In this document: positions 48,643 to 57,964 of the stretch, piece after piece
Layout of the letters: each line of letters starts with the position of its first letter
Position numbering within the stretch: the first letter of the stretch is position 1
Source: Omnitrophica WOR_2 bacterium GWF2_43_52
GTDB taxonomy: Bacteria; Omnitrophota; Gorgyraeia; Gygaellales; UBA12090
NCBI GenBank assembly: GCA_001805445.1
Contig: MHGF01000025.1
Coordinates: forward strand, 338-64,337
Length of the DNA: 64,000 nt
Direction of reading: 5' to 3'
The notes under the pieces: generated by a model
What the model was told of the DNA's origin: nothing
What the model saw: only the letters and a program-made list of their open reading frames with translations
The model's database searches: none
Translations under genes and position numbers: made by a program

Positions 48643-49371
48643 ATGCTTATTATTCCCGCGATTGATTTAAAAGACGGCCAAGTCGTCAGATATACGAAAG
48701 GAAGATTACATAAAAAGGTGTATTCTGACGATCCTCTGAGTATAGCGCTCAGCTGGCAGGCCCAAGGGGCAGGGTTTTTACACCTTGTGGACCTTGATGG
48801 CGCGATGACAGGGGTGCAAAAAAATCTGGCTATCATTAAAAAAATAACGAAAACCCTTAAAATCCCGGTAGAAGTCGGAGGAGGGATTAGGGATTTGACA
48901 GCGGTAAAAAAAGTAATTGGCAGCGGGGCAGAGAGGATTATTTTAGGAACGAAGGCAATTGAGGATTTTGGTTTTTTGGAGAAGGCTCTGGAACGCTATG
49001 GTGATGCCATAGCCCTGAGTATTGATGCCGCGGGAAAAAAGGTCGGCCTCTACGGATGGAGCTCGGCTTCTTCTCTTGGGTTAGATTGTCTTTTTAAGAA
49101 GTTGCAAAAGATACGCCTGAAAACGATAATTTATACCGATATTACCCGTGACGGGACATTGCAGGGAGTAAACCTTTCCAGGGTAAAGAGTGTTTTGCGA
49201 TCAACGGCGATTAATGTGATTATTTCCGGCGGGGTTTCTTCATTGACAGATATACAAAAACTTGCTAAGCTAACCTTTTCTCATTTTAAGGGTGTTATTG
49301 TGGGAAAAGCATTGTATGAGCATAAGTTTTCTTTACAAGAAGCGCTAGCAGTAGTACGAGAGGAGGGGTAA
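48643..49371 (+). CDS. hisA: ProFAR isomerase
   Basis: HisA TIM-barrel motifs ('IIPAIDL', 'GGGIRD'). Confidence 0.85.
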   Translation: MLIIPAIDLKDGQVVRYTKGRLHKKVYSDDPLSIALSWQAQGAGFLHLVDLDGAMTGVQKNLAIIKKITKTLKIPVEVGGGIRDLTAVKKVIGSGAERIILGTKAIEDFGFLEKALERYGDAIALSIDAAGKKVGLYGWSSASSLGLDCLFKKLQKIRLKTIIYTDITRDGTLQGVNLSRVKSVLRSTAINVIISGGVSSLTDIQKLAKLTFSHFKGVIVGKALYEHKFSLQEALAVVREEG

Positions 49372-49374
49372 ACG

Positions 49375-49818
49375 ATGAGAGGGAAAATTTTCATTATAGC
49401 GGGGATGTTAGGATTGGCAGGATGCGCGACTGCCCATAAAAATAGTGATATGGAAATGCAGAGCCTACGTACGCATGTTAGTGAGTTAGAATCACAGCTT
49501 CAGCAAAAGGATAATCAGGTTATTGCCCTCCAGGAAGCCTTGGATACCGAATCTAAGGAAAGGACAAGCCTTGCAACCCAGCTCTCAACCTTAACTGAGA
49601 AGTATAAGTCGGTTTCCCATACAGGTTCAGTGAAGCAAATTCAAATTGCTCTCCAGAACGCGGGTTATGATATGGGCAAGATTGATGGGGTAATGGGTGG
49701 TAAAACCCGTAGCGCGGTGAGAGATTTTCAAAAGGCCAATAGTTTGAAGGTTACCGGGAAGGTGGACAAAGAGACTTGGCTTTTGCTGCGGCAATATCTG
49801 CATAAAAAGGTAAAATAA
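49375..49818 (+). CDS. Lipoprotein with a coiled-coil and a PG_binding_1 (peptidoglycan-binding) domain
   Basis: 'LAGC' lipobox and a C-terminal 'GKIDGVMGGKTRSAVRDFQ' peptidoglycan-binding motif. Confidence 0.6.
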   Translation: MRGKIFIIAGMLGLAGCATAHKNSDMEMQSLRTHVSELESQLQQKDNQVIALQEALDTESKERTSLATQLSTLTEKYKSVSHTGSVKQIQIALQNAGYDMGKIDGVMGGKTRSAVRDFQKANSLKVTGKVDKETWLLLRQYLHKKVK

Positions 49819-50023
49819 CTATTCGTTAAGAATACGGAAATCTAGTGCGCTGTTACAAAAGTTATCAAACAGCGCACTAGGGGGTGTGGGGGAGATTGTC
49901 CACCACGCTTGGGGGGTGCTCAGCGATCCGCCGTAGGCGGAGAGCGCCGAAGCCCGCCGTAGGCGGGCTAGCGGAAGTGCGAAATCAATATTAAGAATTA
50001 ATTTGACAGAGCACTAGGCAACG

Positions 50024-50845
50024 ATGTTAACCAAAAGGATTATACCCTGCCTTGACGTTAAAGACGGAAGGGTGGTAAAAGGAGTCAAGTTTTTAAATTT
50101 AAAAGACGCGGGTGACCCGGTTATCATTGCCAAACGCTATGAAGAAGAGCAGGCCGATGAACTTGTATTCCTGGATATTACCGCAAGCGCGGAAAACAGA
50201 AATATTATTCTCGATGTGGTCCGGCGCACCGCGGAAAATGTCTTTATGCCGCTTACTGTCGGAGGAGGGATACGCGCTATAGCTGACATCCGCGCGTTGC
50301 TGAATGCCGGCGCGGACAAGGTTTCTATCAATACGGCGGCAGTAAAGAGGCCGGCGCTCATCAAAGAGGCAGCGGATAAATTCGGCAGTCAGTGTATTGT
50401 GGTGGCGATTGACGCTAAAAGGGTCAATAGTCAATGGCCTATGGCCAATGGTCAAACGAAGAAGCTATCGACTATCGACTATCGATTATCGACTAAGAAG
50501 TGGGAAGTGTATATTAACGGAGGCAGAACGCCCACAGGGTTAGATGCTGTAAAATGGGCGAAGAAGGCTGAAGCCTCAGGAGCGGGTGAAATACTTTTGA
50601 CCAGCATGGATGCTGATGGGACAAAAAACGGTTATGACCTTGAGCTGACGAACGCTATAACAACTGCAGTGAATATTCCACTCATCGCATCGGGAGGCGC
50701 GGGGAAAAAAGAGGATTTTTATACTGTATTGACTGAAGCAGGCGCGGATGCCGCGTTAGCCGCATCGCTTTTTCACTATCAGGAGTTACGCATTAAAGAG
50801 GTTAAGAGCTATTTACAGAAAAAAGGAGTATTGGTGCGATGGTAA
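50024..50845 (+). CDS. hisF: Imidazole glycerol phosphate synthase cyclase subunit
   Basis: HisF motifs. It contains an in-frame insert of about 21 aa. Confidence 0.85.
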   Translation: MLTKRIIPCLDVKDGRVVKGVKFLNLKDAGDPVIIAKRYEEEQADELVFLDITASAENRNIILDVVRRTAENVFMPLTVGGGIRAIADIRALLNAGADKVSINTAAVKRPALIKEAADKFGSQCIVVAIDAKRVNSQWPMANGQTKKLSTIDYRLSTKKWEVYINGGRTPTGLDAVKWAKKAEASGAGEILLTSMDADGTKNGYDLELTNAITTAVNIPLIASGGAGKKEDFYTVLTEAGADAALAASLFHYQELRIKEVKSYLQKKGVLVRW

Positions 50846-51186
50846 ATCTTAAGCAATTAGACCTGAAATATGATAGCGCGGGGCTTATTCCCGCGATTAT
50901 ACAGGATTATAGGACCAATGAAGTGCTCATGGTGGCATATATGAATGAGCAATCTCTGAAGCGCACCCTGAAACTTAAAAAAACGTGTTTTTGGTCGCGT
51001 TCACGCAAGGAATTCTGGGTCAAAGGTGAAACTTCCGGACATTACCAGCATGTAAAAAGTATGTATTATGACTGTGATTGCGACGCGCTTCTGGTTAAGG
51101 TTCGCCAAGTTGGCGTTGCCTGCCATACGGGCAATCGCTCTTGCTTTTACCGCAGCCTTACTAAAACTAAGAGCTCGAAAAGCTAA
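50839..51186 (+). CDS. hisI: Phosphoribosyl-AMP cyclohydrolase
   Basis: HisI motifs with conserved Cys and His residues ('CDCDA...CHTG'). Confidence 0.8.
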   Translation: MVNLKQLDLKYDSAGLIPAIIQDYRTNEVLMVAYMNEQSLKRTLKLKKTCFWSRSRKEFWVKGETSGHYQHVKSMYYDCDCDALLVKVRQVGVACHTGNRSCFYRSLTKTKSSKS

Positions 51187-51295
51187 TATTATTATTTATG
51201 GATAAGCTCATTGGTTTTTTGATAAACGCAAGCAGCAGCCGGCGAACGGTCAGCGGTAAACGGTACACGTAAAAGAAGTTTTCTAGGTAAATACA

Positions 51296-52774
51296 ATGTT
51301 TTTTCCTTCTAAAGAAGAGTTTATACAATTAGCCAAACAAGGTAATCTTATTCCGGTATATAAGGAAATTCCCGGAGATTTAGAAACGCCTGTTTCGGTA
51401 TTTTTAAAGTTATCCCAGGGAAGCGAGTATGGCTATCTTTTGGAATCTGTTGAGGGCCAGGAAAGGATTGCCAGGTTCTCTTTTGTTGGTGTCGAACCTC
51501 AGGCGATTCTTAAGGTAAAAGGCAAAAGGCTTGAGATTATTACTCGTAATAGTAAAGGAGCTTTGCGAGAGACTCTGGTAGTAGAAACCGAAGACCCGTT
51601 CCTGGAAATTAAGAAGTTTATGTCAAAATACAGGATGGTTAAGACAAACAAGAGCGCGCGTTTTTGCGGCGGGCTGGTAGGGTACATTGGTTACGATATG
51701 GTGCGTTTTTTTGAAAAGATACCTGATAAAAATCCTGATTCTCTGGGCACACCTGATTGCTTATTTATGCTGACTGATACCCTGGCTATGTTCGACCATT
51801 ACCACCATAAACTTAAGATTATTTCCTGCGCTTTTATGGAAACGGCCGGCAGCGCGGCAGTGAGCCGCGCGTATACACAGGCACTCAAACGGATAGAGGG
51901 CCTGATAAAAAAAATGAATGCCCGTGTGCGGGAAAAGAGTAGTGTAAAGCAAGAAAAAGCCAAGGTTCGGCATTGTAGTTCCCTGCAAGCATTTACGCGT
52001 ATGGTGCAAAAGGCAAAAGAATATATCACCAAAGGAGATATCATTCAAGTGGTCTTGTCTCAGGTGCTTACTGCTAAAATTACCCGTAAACCGTTTGATA
52101 TCTACCGCAGCCTGCGAAGCCTTAATCCTTCGGCATATATGTTTTATCTTAAATTTAAGGCGTTGCATGTAGCAGGCTCGTCTCCGGAGATGCTGGTACG
52201 CTGCGAAGACGGATGTGTGGCAACCCGCCCTATTGCCGGGACCCGTCCCCGCGGCAAGACCGAGGCAGAAGACCTGCTCCTTGAGAAGGAATTGCTCAGC
52301 GATGACAAGGAGAAAGCAGAGCATATCATGCTCGTTGACTTAGGCAGGAACGACTTGGGCAGGGTCTGTCAATTCGGGTCTGTGCGCTTGAGTGACTTTA
52401 TGCGTGTTGAGCGTTATTCCCATGTGATGCATATTGTCAGCGAGGTACAGGGGAGGCTTCAGAGAGGCAAGGACAGTTTTGATGTGCTGCGCGCCGCCTT
52501 TCCCGCGGGAACGGTCAGCGGCAGCCCTAAAGTGCGGGCAATGGAAATTATTGATGAGTTGGAAAATTTCCGGCGCGGCCCCTACGCGGGGGCGGTAGGG
52601 TATTTTGGTTTTTCGGGGAATCTGGATACCTGTATTACCATCCGTACTATTGTCATTGAGAAAAATACGGCTTATATTCAGGCAGGCGCCGGCATTGTCG
52701 CTGATTCCGTGGCCAAGCGGGAATATCAAGAAACCTTGAATAAAGCGAAGGCGCAAGTAGAGGCGCTGTGTTAA
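51296..52774 (+). CDS. Anthranilate/aminodeoxychorismate synthase component I (TrpE/PabB family)
   Basis: Chorismate-binding domain conservation. Confidence 0.75.
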   Translation: MFFPSKEEFIQLAKQGNLIPVYKEIPGDLETPVSVFLKLSQGSEYGYLLESVEGQERIARFSFVGVEPQAILKVKGKRLEIITRNSKGALRETLVVETEDPFLEIKKFMSKYRMVKTNKSARFCGGLVGYIGYDMVRFFEKIPDKNPDSLGTPDCLFMLTDTLAMFDHYHHKLKIISCAFMETAGSAAVSRAYTQALKRIEGLIKKMNARVREKSSVKQEKAKVRHCSSLQAFTRMVQKAKEYITKGDIIQVVLSQVLTAKITRKPFDIYRSLRSLNPSAYMFYLKFKALHVAGSSPEMLVRCEDGCVATRPIAGTRPRGKTEAEDLLLEKELLSDDKEKAEHIMLVDLGRNDLGRVCQFGSVRLSDFMRVERYSHVMHIVSEVQGRLQRGKDSFDVLRAAFPAGTVSGSPKVRAMEIIDELENFRRGPYAGAVGYFGFSGNLDTCITIRTIVIEKNTAYIQAGAGIVADSVAKREYQETLNKAKAQVEALC

Positions 52775-52821
52775 GGAGTGGCCAGAAATCAGATTGAGGA
52801 AAAAGAACGAGGCAGTAACAT

Positions 52822-52965
52822 GAAAATAACCAAACACCAATTTCCAATAACCAAACAATACCCAATCACCAATAGCCAAATTTCACGCATGCTGTTTGGT
52901 TATTGATAATAGGGTATTGGGGTTTGTTTGATTATTGTATCTTGATAATTGGTTATTTCGGGCTC
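52822..52965. repeat. MITE-like hairpin repeat (copy 2 of the 'CCAATAACCAAA' family)
   Basis: Shares a 35-bp block with 47662-47697 and has a complementary TGTTTGGTTATTG arm. Confidence 0.6.
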
Positions 52966-52990
52966 AAGATATTACACGAGGAGGATAATA

Positions 52991-53236
52991 ATGTCAGTAG
53001 CAATCAGGATGAGGAAAGTCGGTAAAGGTATAAAGAAAAATTTCTATTTTAGGGTTGGGGTCATTGACGAGCAAAAAAGCCGGGATGGCAAAATGCTGGA
53101 AGATATCGGCGTCTATGAGCCTGCCAAAAAAGAAAATAATTTCAGGATTAACAAGGAGCGCTTTGACTACTGGAAATCAAAGGGCGCGGTTATTTCTGAT
53201 ACGGTAAGAAGCCTGGTTAAGAAAAGCAGTAAGTAG
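52991..53236 (+). CDS. rpsP: 30S ribosomal protein S16
   Basis: 'VAIRMRKVGKG...FYFRVGV' and a GAGGAGG RBS. The start was moved to the internal ATG at 52991. Confidence 0.85.
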   Translation: MSVAIRMRKVGKGIKKNFYFRVGVIDEQKSRDGKMLEDIGVYEPAKKENNFRINKERFDYWKSKGAVISDTVRSLVKKSSK

Positions 53237-53294
53237 TAAGTAGAGAGTAGATAGTAGTAAGTAGATAGTAGCAAGTAAAAGAAAGGAAGATCAA

Positions 53295-53579
53295 ATGCAG
53301 CCACAACAACAGGTTCCGGCGCTTGCCCAGTTTATTCCCTTACTTCTGGTAATGGTCATTTTTTATTTTTTGCTCATACGGCCGCAAAAAAAGCAGGAAG
53401 ACGCGCGCAAGGCGATGCTTAAGCAAATCAAAAAAAATGACGAAGTGGTGACTTCAGGGGGAATCCACGGCGTGGTGCTTACGGTTAAGGATCGGACAGT
53501 GACCTTGCGTATTGACGATAATGTTAAGATTGAAGTTGACAGGGAAGCGATTGCCAGAATAGCAAAAGTGGCAGGCTAA
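53295..53579 (+). CDS. yajC: Preprotein translocase subunit YajC
   Basis: A single transmembrane helix plus the YajC motif. It sits upstream of secDF. Confidence 0.8.
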   Translation: MQPQQQVPALAQFIPLLLVMVIFYFLLIRPQKKQEDARKAMLKQIKKNDEVVTSGGIHGVVLTVKDRTVTLRIDDNVKIEVDREAIARIAKVAG

Positions 53580-53676
53580 TTAGTTACCACTTTGGAATTA
53601 GTTACCGCGGAAAAACAGGGGTTTCTCAGCGGTAACTAATTATTGCGGGTTTTTTGATGCGGGAGGGAAGGGGAGA

Positions 53677-55857
53677 ATGACATCTAATCAAAGGCTTAAC
53701 GTAAAAATTGCACTTATCGTAGGATTGCTGGGCGCGTCTATTTGGCTTGCGTTTCCGCTAAACAAAAAGATAAATTTAGGGCTGGACTTACGCGGAGGGA
53801 TGCATTTGGTCTTACGCGTCGATATGTCAAAATTAAGCGCGGACGCCAAAAACGACGCGGTTGAACGGGCAATTGAAATTGTCCGTAACCGAATTGATGA
53901 GTTTGGCGTCTCAGAGCCGCTTATCCAGCGTCAGGGCACAGACCAGATTGTCGTTCAGCTCCCCGGGGTAACAGACCGCGAGCGCGCGAAAGATTTAATC
54001 GGAAAGACCGCCCTGCTTGAATTTAAGCTGGTCAATGACAAGCCTCAGGATTTAACTGATGCCGCAGCCGGAAAGGTTCCTGATGGCTTTGACTATGTCA
54101 AGGATGAAGAAGGGCGAGCGGTACTTTTAAGTAAAACCGCTTCCCTGACAGGGCAGGCAGTTAAAGATGCGAGCGTGGGTATTGATCAATACGGCCTTCC
54201 CGCGGTCAAATTAACCTTTAATGAAAAAGGTATCGACGCATTCGCGAAGCTGACCGGCGAACATATTAATGAGCGCCTGGCAATTGTGCTTGACGGTAAA
54301 ATTCATTCTGCTCCTGCCATACGGTCAAAAATAGACTCGGGTGAGGCGGAAATTACCCGAGGGGGTGGTTTTGGCGTTGAGGAGGCCAATGATTTAAGAA
54401 TTGTGCTTCGTTCAGGGGCGCTGCCGGCTCCTATGAATATTGAAGAGGAACGCACGATAGGGCCGCTTTTAGGCGCGGATTCTATCAGAACTGGAGTCAA
54501 GGCAAGTATCATTGGAACCTTAGCGGTGTTTGTCTTTATGATTATCTACTACCTTTTTTCAGGAGTGGTTGCCTGTATCGCGCTTTCCCTTAATTTTCTG
54601 TTTATCCTTGCTTGTATGGGGTATTTTCATGCTACCCTTACCTTGCCGGGCATCGCGGGTATTGTGCTTACTTTGGGCATGGCAGTAGATGCCAATGTGC
54701 TTATCAGCGAGCGTATCCGTGAGGAGCTGAAGCTTGGGAAATCCTTGTTCGCGGGCATACAGACCGGTTACGCCAAGGCCTTGAGTGCCATTTTTGACTC
54801 AAACTTTACGACCTTGATCGCGGCATTTTTCTTGTTTCAATTCGGCACAGGGCCTATCCGCGGTTTTGCCTTAACCTTAACTATCGGGCTGCTTGCCAGT
54901 ATGTTTACGGCGATATTTGTTACGAAGGCTATTTTTGAGCTCACGCTTACCAATAAGAATTTTAAGAGTTTAAAGATGCTGCAGTTTATCGGTGAAACAA
55001 AATTTGATTTTATCGCCAAGCGTAAGATTTTTTACGCGCTTTCGTCATTGGTGATTATTATTGGATTAGTGAGTTTTTTTAAGAAAGGTAAAGATGCCTA
55101 CGGTATAGATTTTTCCGGAGGGCAGCTCCAGGAATATAGCTTTACCAAACCTGTGGCGGTTGATACTATGCGCGCCATTCTCAAGGAAGCGGGGATTTCT
55201 GACGGCTCAATACAGCAGTTTAAAGAAGACCCGAAAATCGTGATGATCCGCACAAGCGTTGATACCGCGGACGCGGTTGCCGCTCAATTAAAAAAGAATT
55301 TAGCTGATAATCCCTTTGAGGTGCTGCGGGTAGAAAACGTCGGCCCGGTCGCGGGAAAGGAACTTCAGAAAAAGGCGCTTATGGCGCTAGGATTATCGCT
55401 TCTAGGGATATTGTTCTATGTGGCATACAGGTTTAAACACTTTAATTTTGCCATCGCCGGCGTCATTGCTCTTTTCCATGATGTCCTGGTAACGCTGGGG
55501 ATCCTGGCGCTTACCGGAAAGCAGATAGACCTCTTAATCGTTACCGCGCTTTTGACCATCGCCGGTTATTCTATTAACGACACTATTGTTATTTATGACC
55601 GGGTGCGCGAAAATATGAGGGCACAGCGTAAATTGACGCTTGCCCAGATTATTAATTTAAGTGTTAATCAAACGCTCTCGCGCAGTATCCTTACCAGCGG
55701 TGTAACCCTTTTGGCTGTGAGCGCGTTATTCTTCTGGGGAGGAGCTATTCTGCATAATTTTGCCTTTAGCCTGCTCGTGGGATTTATTTCAGGGGTATAT
55801 TCTACCGTATTTATTGCCTCGCCTTTAGTTTTAGCCTGGTCAAAGAATAAGAAATAG
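53677..55857 (+). CDS. secDF: Fused protein-export membrane protein SecDF
   Basis: SecD periplasmic domain and two six-helix membrane bundles in one ORF. Confidence 0.9.
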   Translation: MTSNQRLNVKIALIVGLLGASIWLAFPLNKKINLGLDLRGGMHLVLRVDMSKLSADAKNDAVERAIEIVRNRIDEFGVSEPLIQRQGTDQIVVQLPGVTDRERAKDLIGKTALLEFKLVNDKPQDLTDAAAGKVPDGFDYVKDEEGRAVLLSKTASLTGQAVKDASVGIDQYGLPAVKLTFNEKGIDAFAKLTGEHINERLAIVLDGKIHSAPAIRSKIDSGEAEITRGGGFGVEEANDLRIVLRSGALPAPMNIEEERTIGPLLGADSIRTGVKASIIGTLAVFVFMIIYYLFSGVVACIALSLNFLFILACMGYFHATLTLPGIAGIVLTLGMAVDANVLISERIREELKLGKSLFAGIQTGYAKALSAIFDSNFTTLIAAFFLFQFGTGPIRGFALTLTIGLLASMFTAIFVTKAIFELTLTNKNFKSLKMLQFIGETKFDFIAKRKIFYALSSLVIIIGLVSFFKKGKDAYGIDFSGGQLQEYSFTKPVAVDTMRAILKEAGISDGSIQQFKEDPKIVMIRTSVDTADAVAAQLKKNLADNPFEVLRVENVGPVAGKELQKKALMALGLSLLGILFYVAYRFKHFNFAIAGVIALFHDVLVTLGILALTGKQIDLLIVTALLTIAGYSINDTIVIYDRVRENMRAQRKLTLAQIINLSVNQTLSRSILTSGVTLLAVSALFFWGGAILHNFAFSLLVGFISGVYSTVFIASPLVLAWSKNKK

Positions 55858-56031
55858 CCCAGGAAAAGCGGCCGTCAAAATTATTATCCCGGATTTTACT
55901 CCGACGCCAGAAAGCCCCGCTATTTATAGCGGGGATGAATGGCTTTCTGGGTCGGAGTTCCGACCTCTGAAGGAGCGTCGGAACTATTCAAGAAAGAAGC
56001 CCCGTGATTTATCACGGGGAGTCTACACTGT

Positions 56032-57948
56032 ATGTTTAAGTCTCTTAAACTATACACTCACCAAACAATTAATCTTGAAGAACTGACGGCTGCCTTAATC
56101 GCCTTTGGATATCAAAGGCAGGAACAGGTTTCCCAGGAGGGCGATTTCTCGCGGCGGGGAGAAATCCTTGATGTCTATCCTGCTACCTTTGATTGTCCCA
56201 TCCGTATTGCTCTCGATATCAATACGATAGAATCGATTACCAGTATTGACCTTATCCATAACCGGGTTATCTTTAGCCATAGCCTGGTTATTATTCTGCC
56301 TAAGCATAAGTCCTACCGCAGCCAGAATACAGGGTTTACCCAGGAATCGCCGCTTAACCTTTTTGTAGAATTAAAAAAAGGCGATCTTCTGGTGCATATC
56401 CAACACGGCATCGGCAGGTATATGGGCATTGAAAAAGTCAAGACCTTAAAAGCCACCAGCGACCATTTTGTTCTTGAGTACGCGCATAAGGAAAAATTAT
56501 TTGTTCCGGTAACCGAGGCGCACCGAATCCAGAAATTTATCGGTTTAAAAGCGCATGTTCCTAAACTGAACCGTCTGGGAACTAATGAGTGGGAGGCCGT
56601 CAAGCGCAGAGTTCAAAAAGGGATTAAGACCGTAGCCGTGGGGCTCCTTCGCCGTCAGGCAGAACGCGCGGTCACCCTAGGCTTTTCCTTTAGTAAAGAT
56701 ACCGACTGGCAGGAGAGGTTTGAAAAGACTTTTCCTTATCAGGAAACTCCGGACCAGATAAAAGCGGCGCTTGAGGTGAAAAATGATATGGAGTCGCCGC
56801 ATCCTATGGACAGGCTTTTATGCGGCGATGTAGGCTACGGCAAGACTGAGGTGGCGTTACGCGCCGCGTTTAAGGCGGTCATGGATAATAAACAGGTTGC
56901 CGTTTTAGTGCCTACTACTATTTTGGCAGAGCAGCATTATCAGAATTTTATTCGCCGTTTAAAAGATTTTCCGGTGAATGTGCAAATGCTTTCCCGCTTT
57001 CGAAGCGATGCCCAGCAGAAAAAGATTGTTGAAGAGACTAAAAAAGGAAACGTGGATATTATTATCGGAACTCACCGCTTGCTTTCTGACGACCTTGCTT
57101 TTAAGGATTTAGGGCTCTTGATTATTGATGAGGAACAGCGTTTCGGGGTTGCGGCAAAAGAAAAGTTAAAATCTATGAAGCTGGCGGTAGATGTTTTGAC
57201 CCTTACGGCAACTCCGATCCCGCGCACGCTCTATATGGGGCTCATGGGGCTTAAAGATATTTCAAGTATCAACACCCCTCCGCAAAATCGTATACCAATT
57301 ACCACCTATGTGGTAGAATATGATGATGATATCATCAGCCATGCCCTTACCAAGGAATTAAGCCGTAAAGGGCAGGTATTCTTTGTGCATAATCAGATTT
57401 ATGATATCGAGGAGATGGGCCAGAGGATTAAAAAGCTGGCTACGAGAAATGCTATCGTTACCTGCGCTCATGGCCAGATGCCGGAAAAAGAACTTGAAGC
57501 GATTATGGTAGGATTCCTGGAGCAAAAAATTGATTGTCTGGTTTCAACGACCATTATTGCTTCAGGCATAGATGTTCCCATGGCAAATACCTTACTCGTT
57601 AATAATGCCCATCTCTTCGGGCTTTCGGATTTACATCAGCTGCGCGGCAGAGTGGGACGGTTTGACCGTAAGGCATACGCGTATTTTTTTATCCCTAAGG
57701 ATGAGATCCTGTCGAGCGAGTCCCGCAGGCGTCTTGAAGCGCTCAAGGATTATTCTGAGCTTGGCGCGGGCTTTAAGATTGCCATGGAAGACCTGGAAAT
57801 CCGGGGCGCGGGCAATCTCTTAGGCTATACCCAGCACGGCTTTATTCAGGCTGTGGGATTTGATTTATATTGCCGTCTACTCAAAGAGATGGTAAATGTA
57901 TTAAAGAAAGGTAATGATACTCGTGTTGATGAAGACAATGAGGAATAA
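56032..57948 (+). CDS. mfd: Truncated transcription-repair coupling factor (Mfd). Only D3, the RNAP-interacting domain and the translocase are present; D1a/D2/D1b and D7 are missing.
   Basis: CarD/TRCF RNAP-interacting domain ('GDLLVHIQHGIGRYMGIEKV'), helicase motifs ('GDVGYGKTEVALRAA', 'DEEQRFG') and a 'TRG' motif. It is 638 aa, against about 1150 aa for full-length Mfd. Confidence 0.75.
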   Translation: MFKSLKLYTHQTINLEELTAALIAFGYQRQEQVSQEGDFSRRGEILDVYPATFDCPIRIALDINTIESITSIDLIHNRVIFSHSLVIILPKHKSYRSQNTGFTQESPLNLFVELKKGDLLVHIQHGIGRYMGIEKVKTLKATSDHFVLEYAHKEKLFVPVTEAHRIQKFIGLKAHVPKLNRLGTNEWEAVKRRVQKGIKTVAVGLLRRQAERAVTLGFSFSKDTDWQERFEKTFPYQETPDQIKAALEVKNDMESPHPMDRLLCGDVGYGKTEVALRAAFKAVMDNKQVAVLVPTTILAEQHYQNFIRRLKDFPVNVQMLSRFRSDAQQKKIVEETKKGNVDIIIGTHRLLSDDLAFKDLGLLIIDEEQRFGVAAKEKLKSMKLAVDVLTLTATPIPRTLYMGLMGLKDISSINTPPQNRIPITTYVVEYDDDIISHALTKELSRKGQVFFVHNQIYDIEEMGQRIKKLATRNAIVTCAHGQMPEKELEAIMVGFLEQKIDCLVSTTIIASGIDVPMANTLLVNNAHLFGLSDLHQLRGRVGRFDRKAYAYFFIPKDEILSSESRRRLEALKDYSELGAGFKIAMEDLEIRGAGNLLGYTQHGFIQAVGFDLYCRLLKEMVNVLKKGNDTRVDEDNEE

Positions 57949-57964
57949 ACTAGAGGAGATAATA

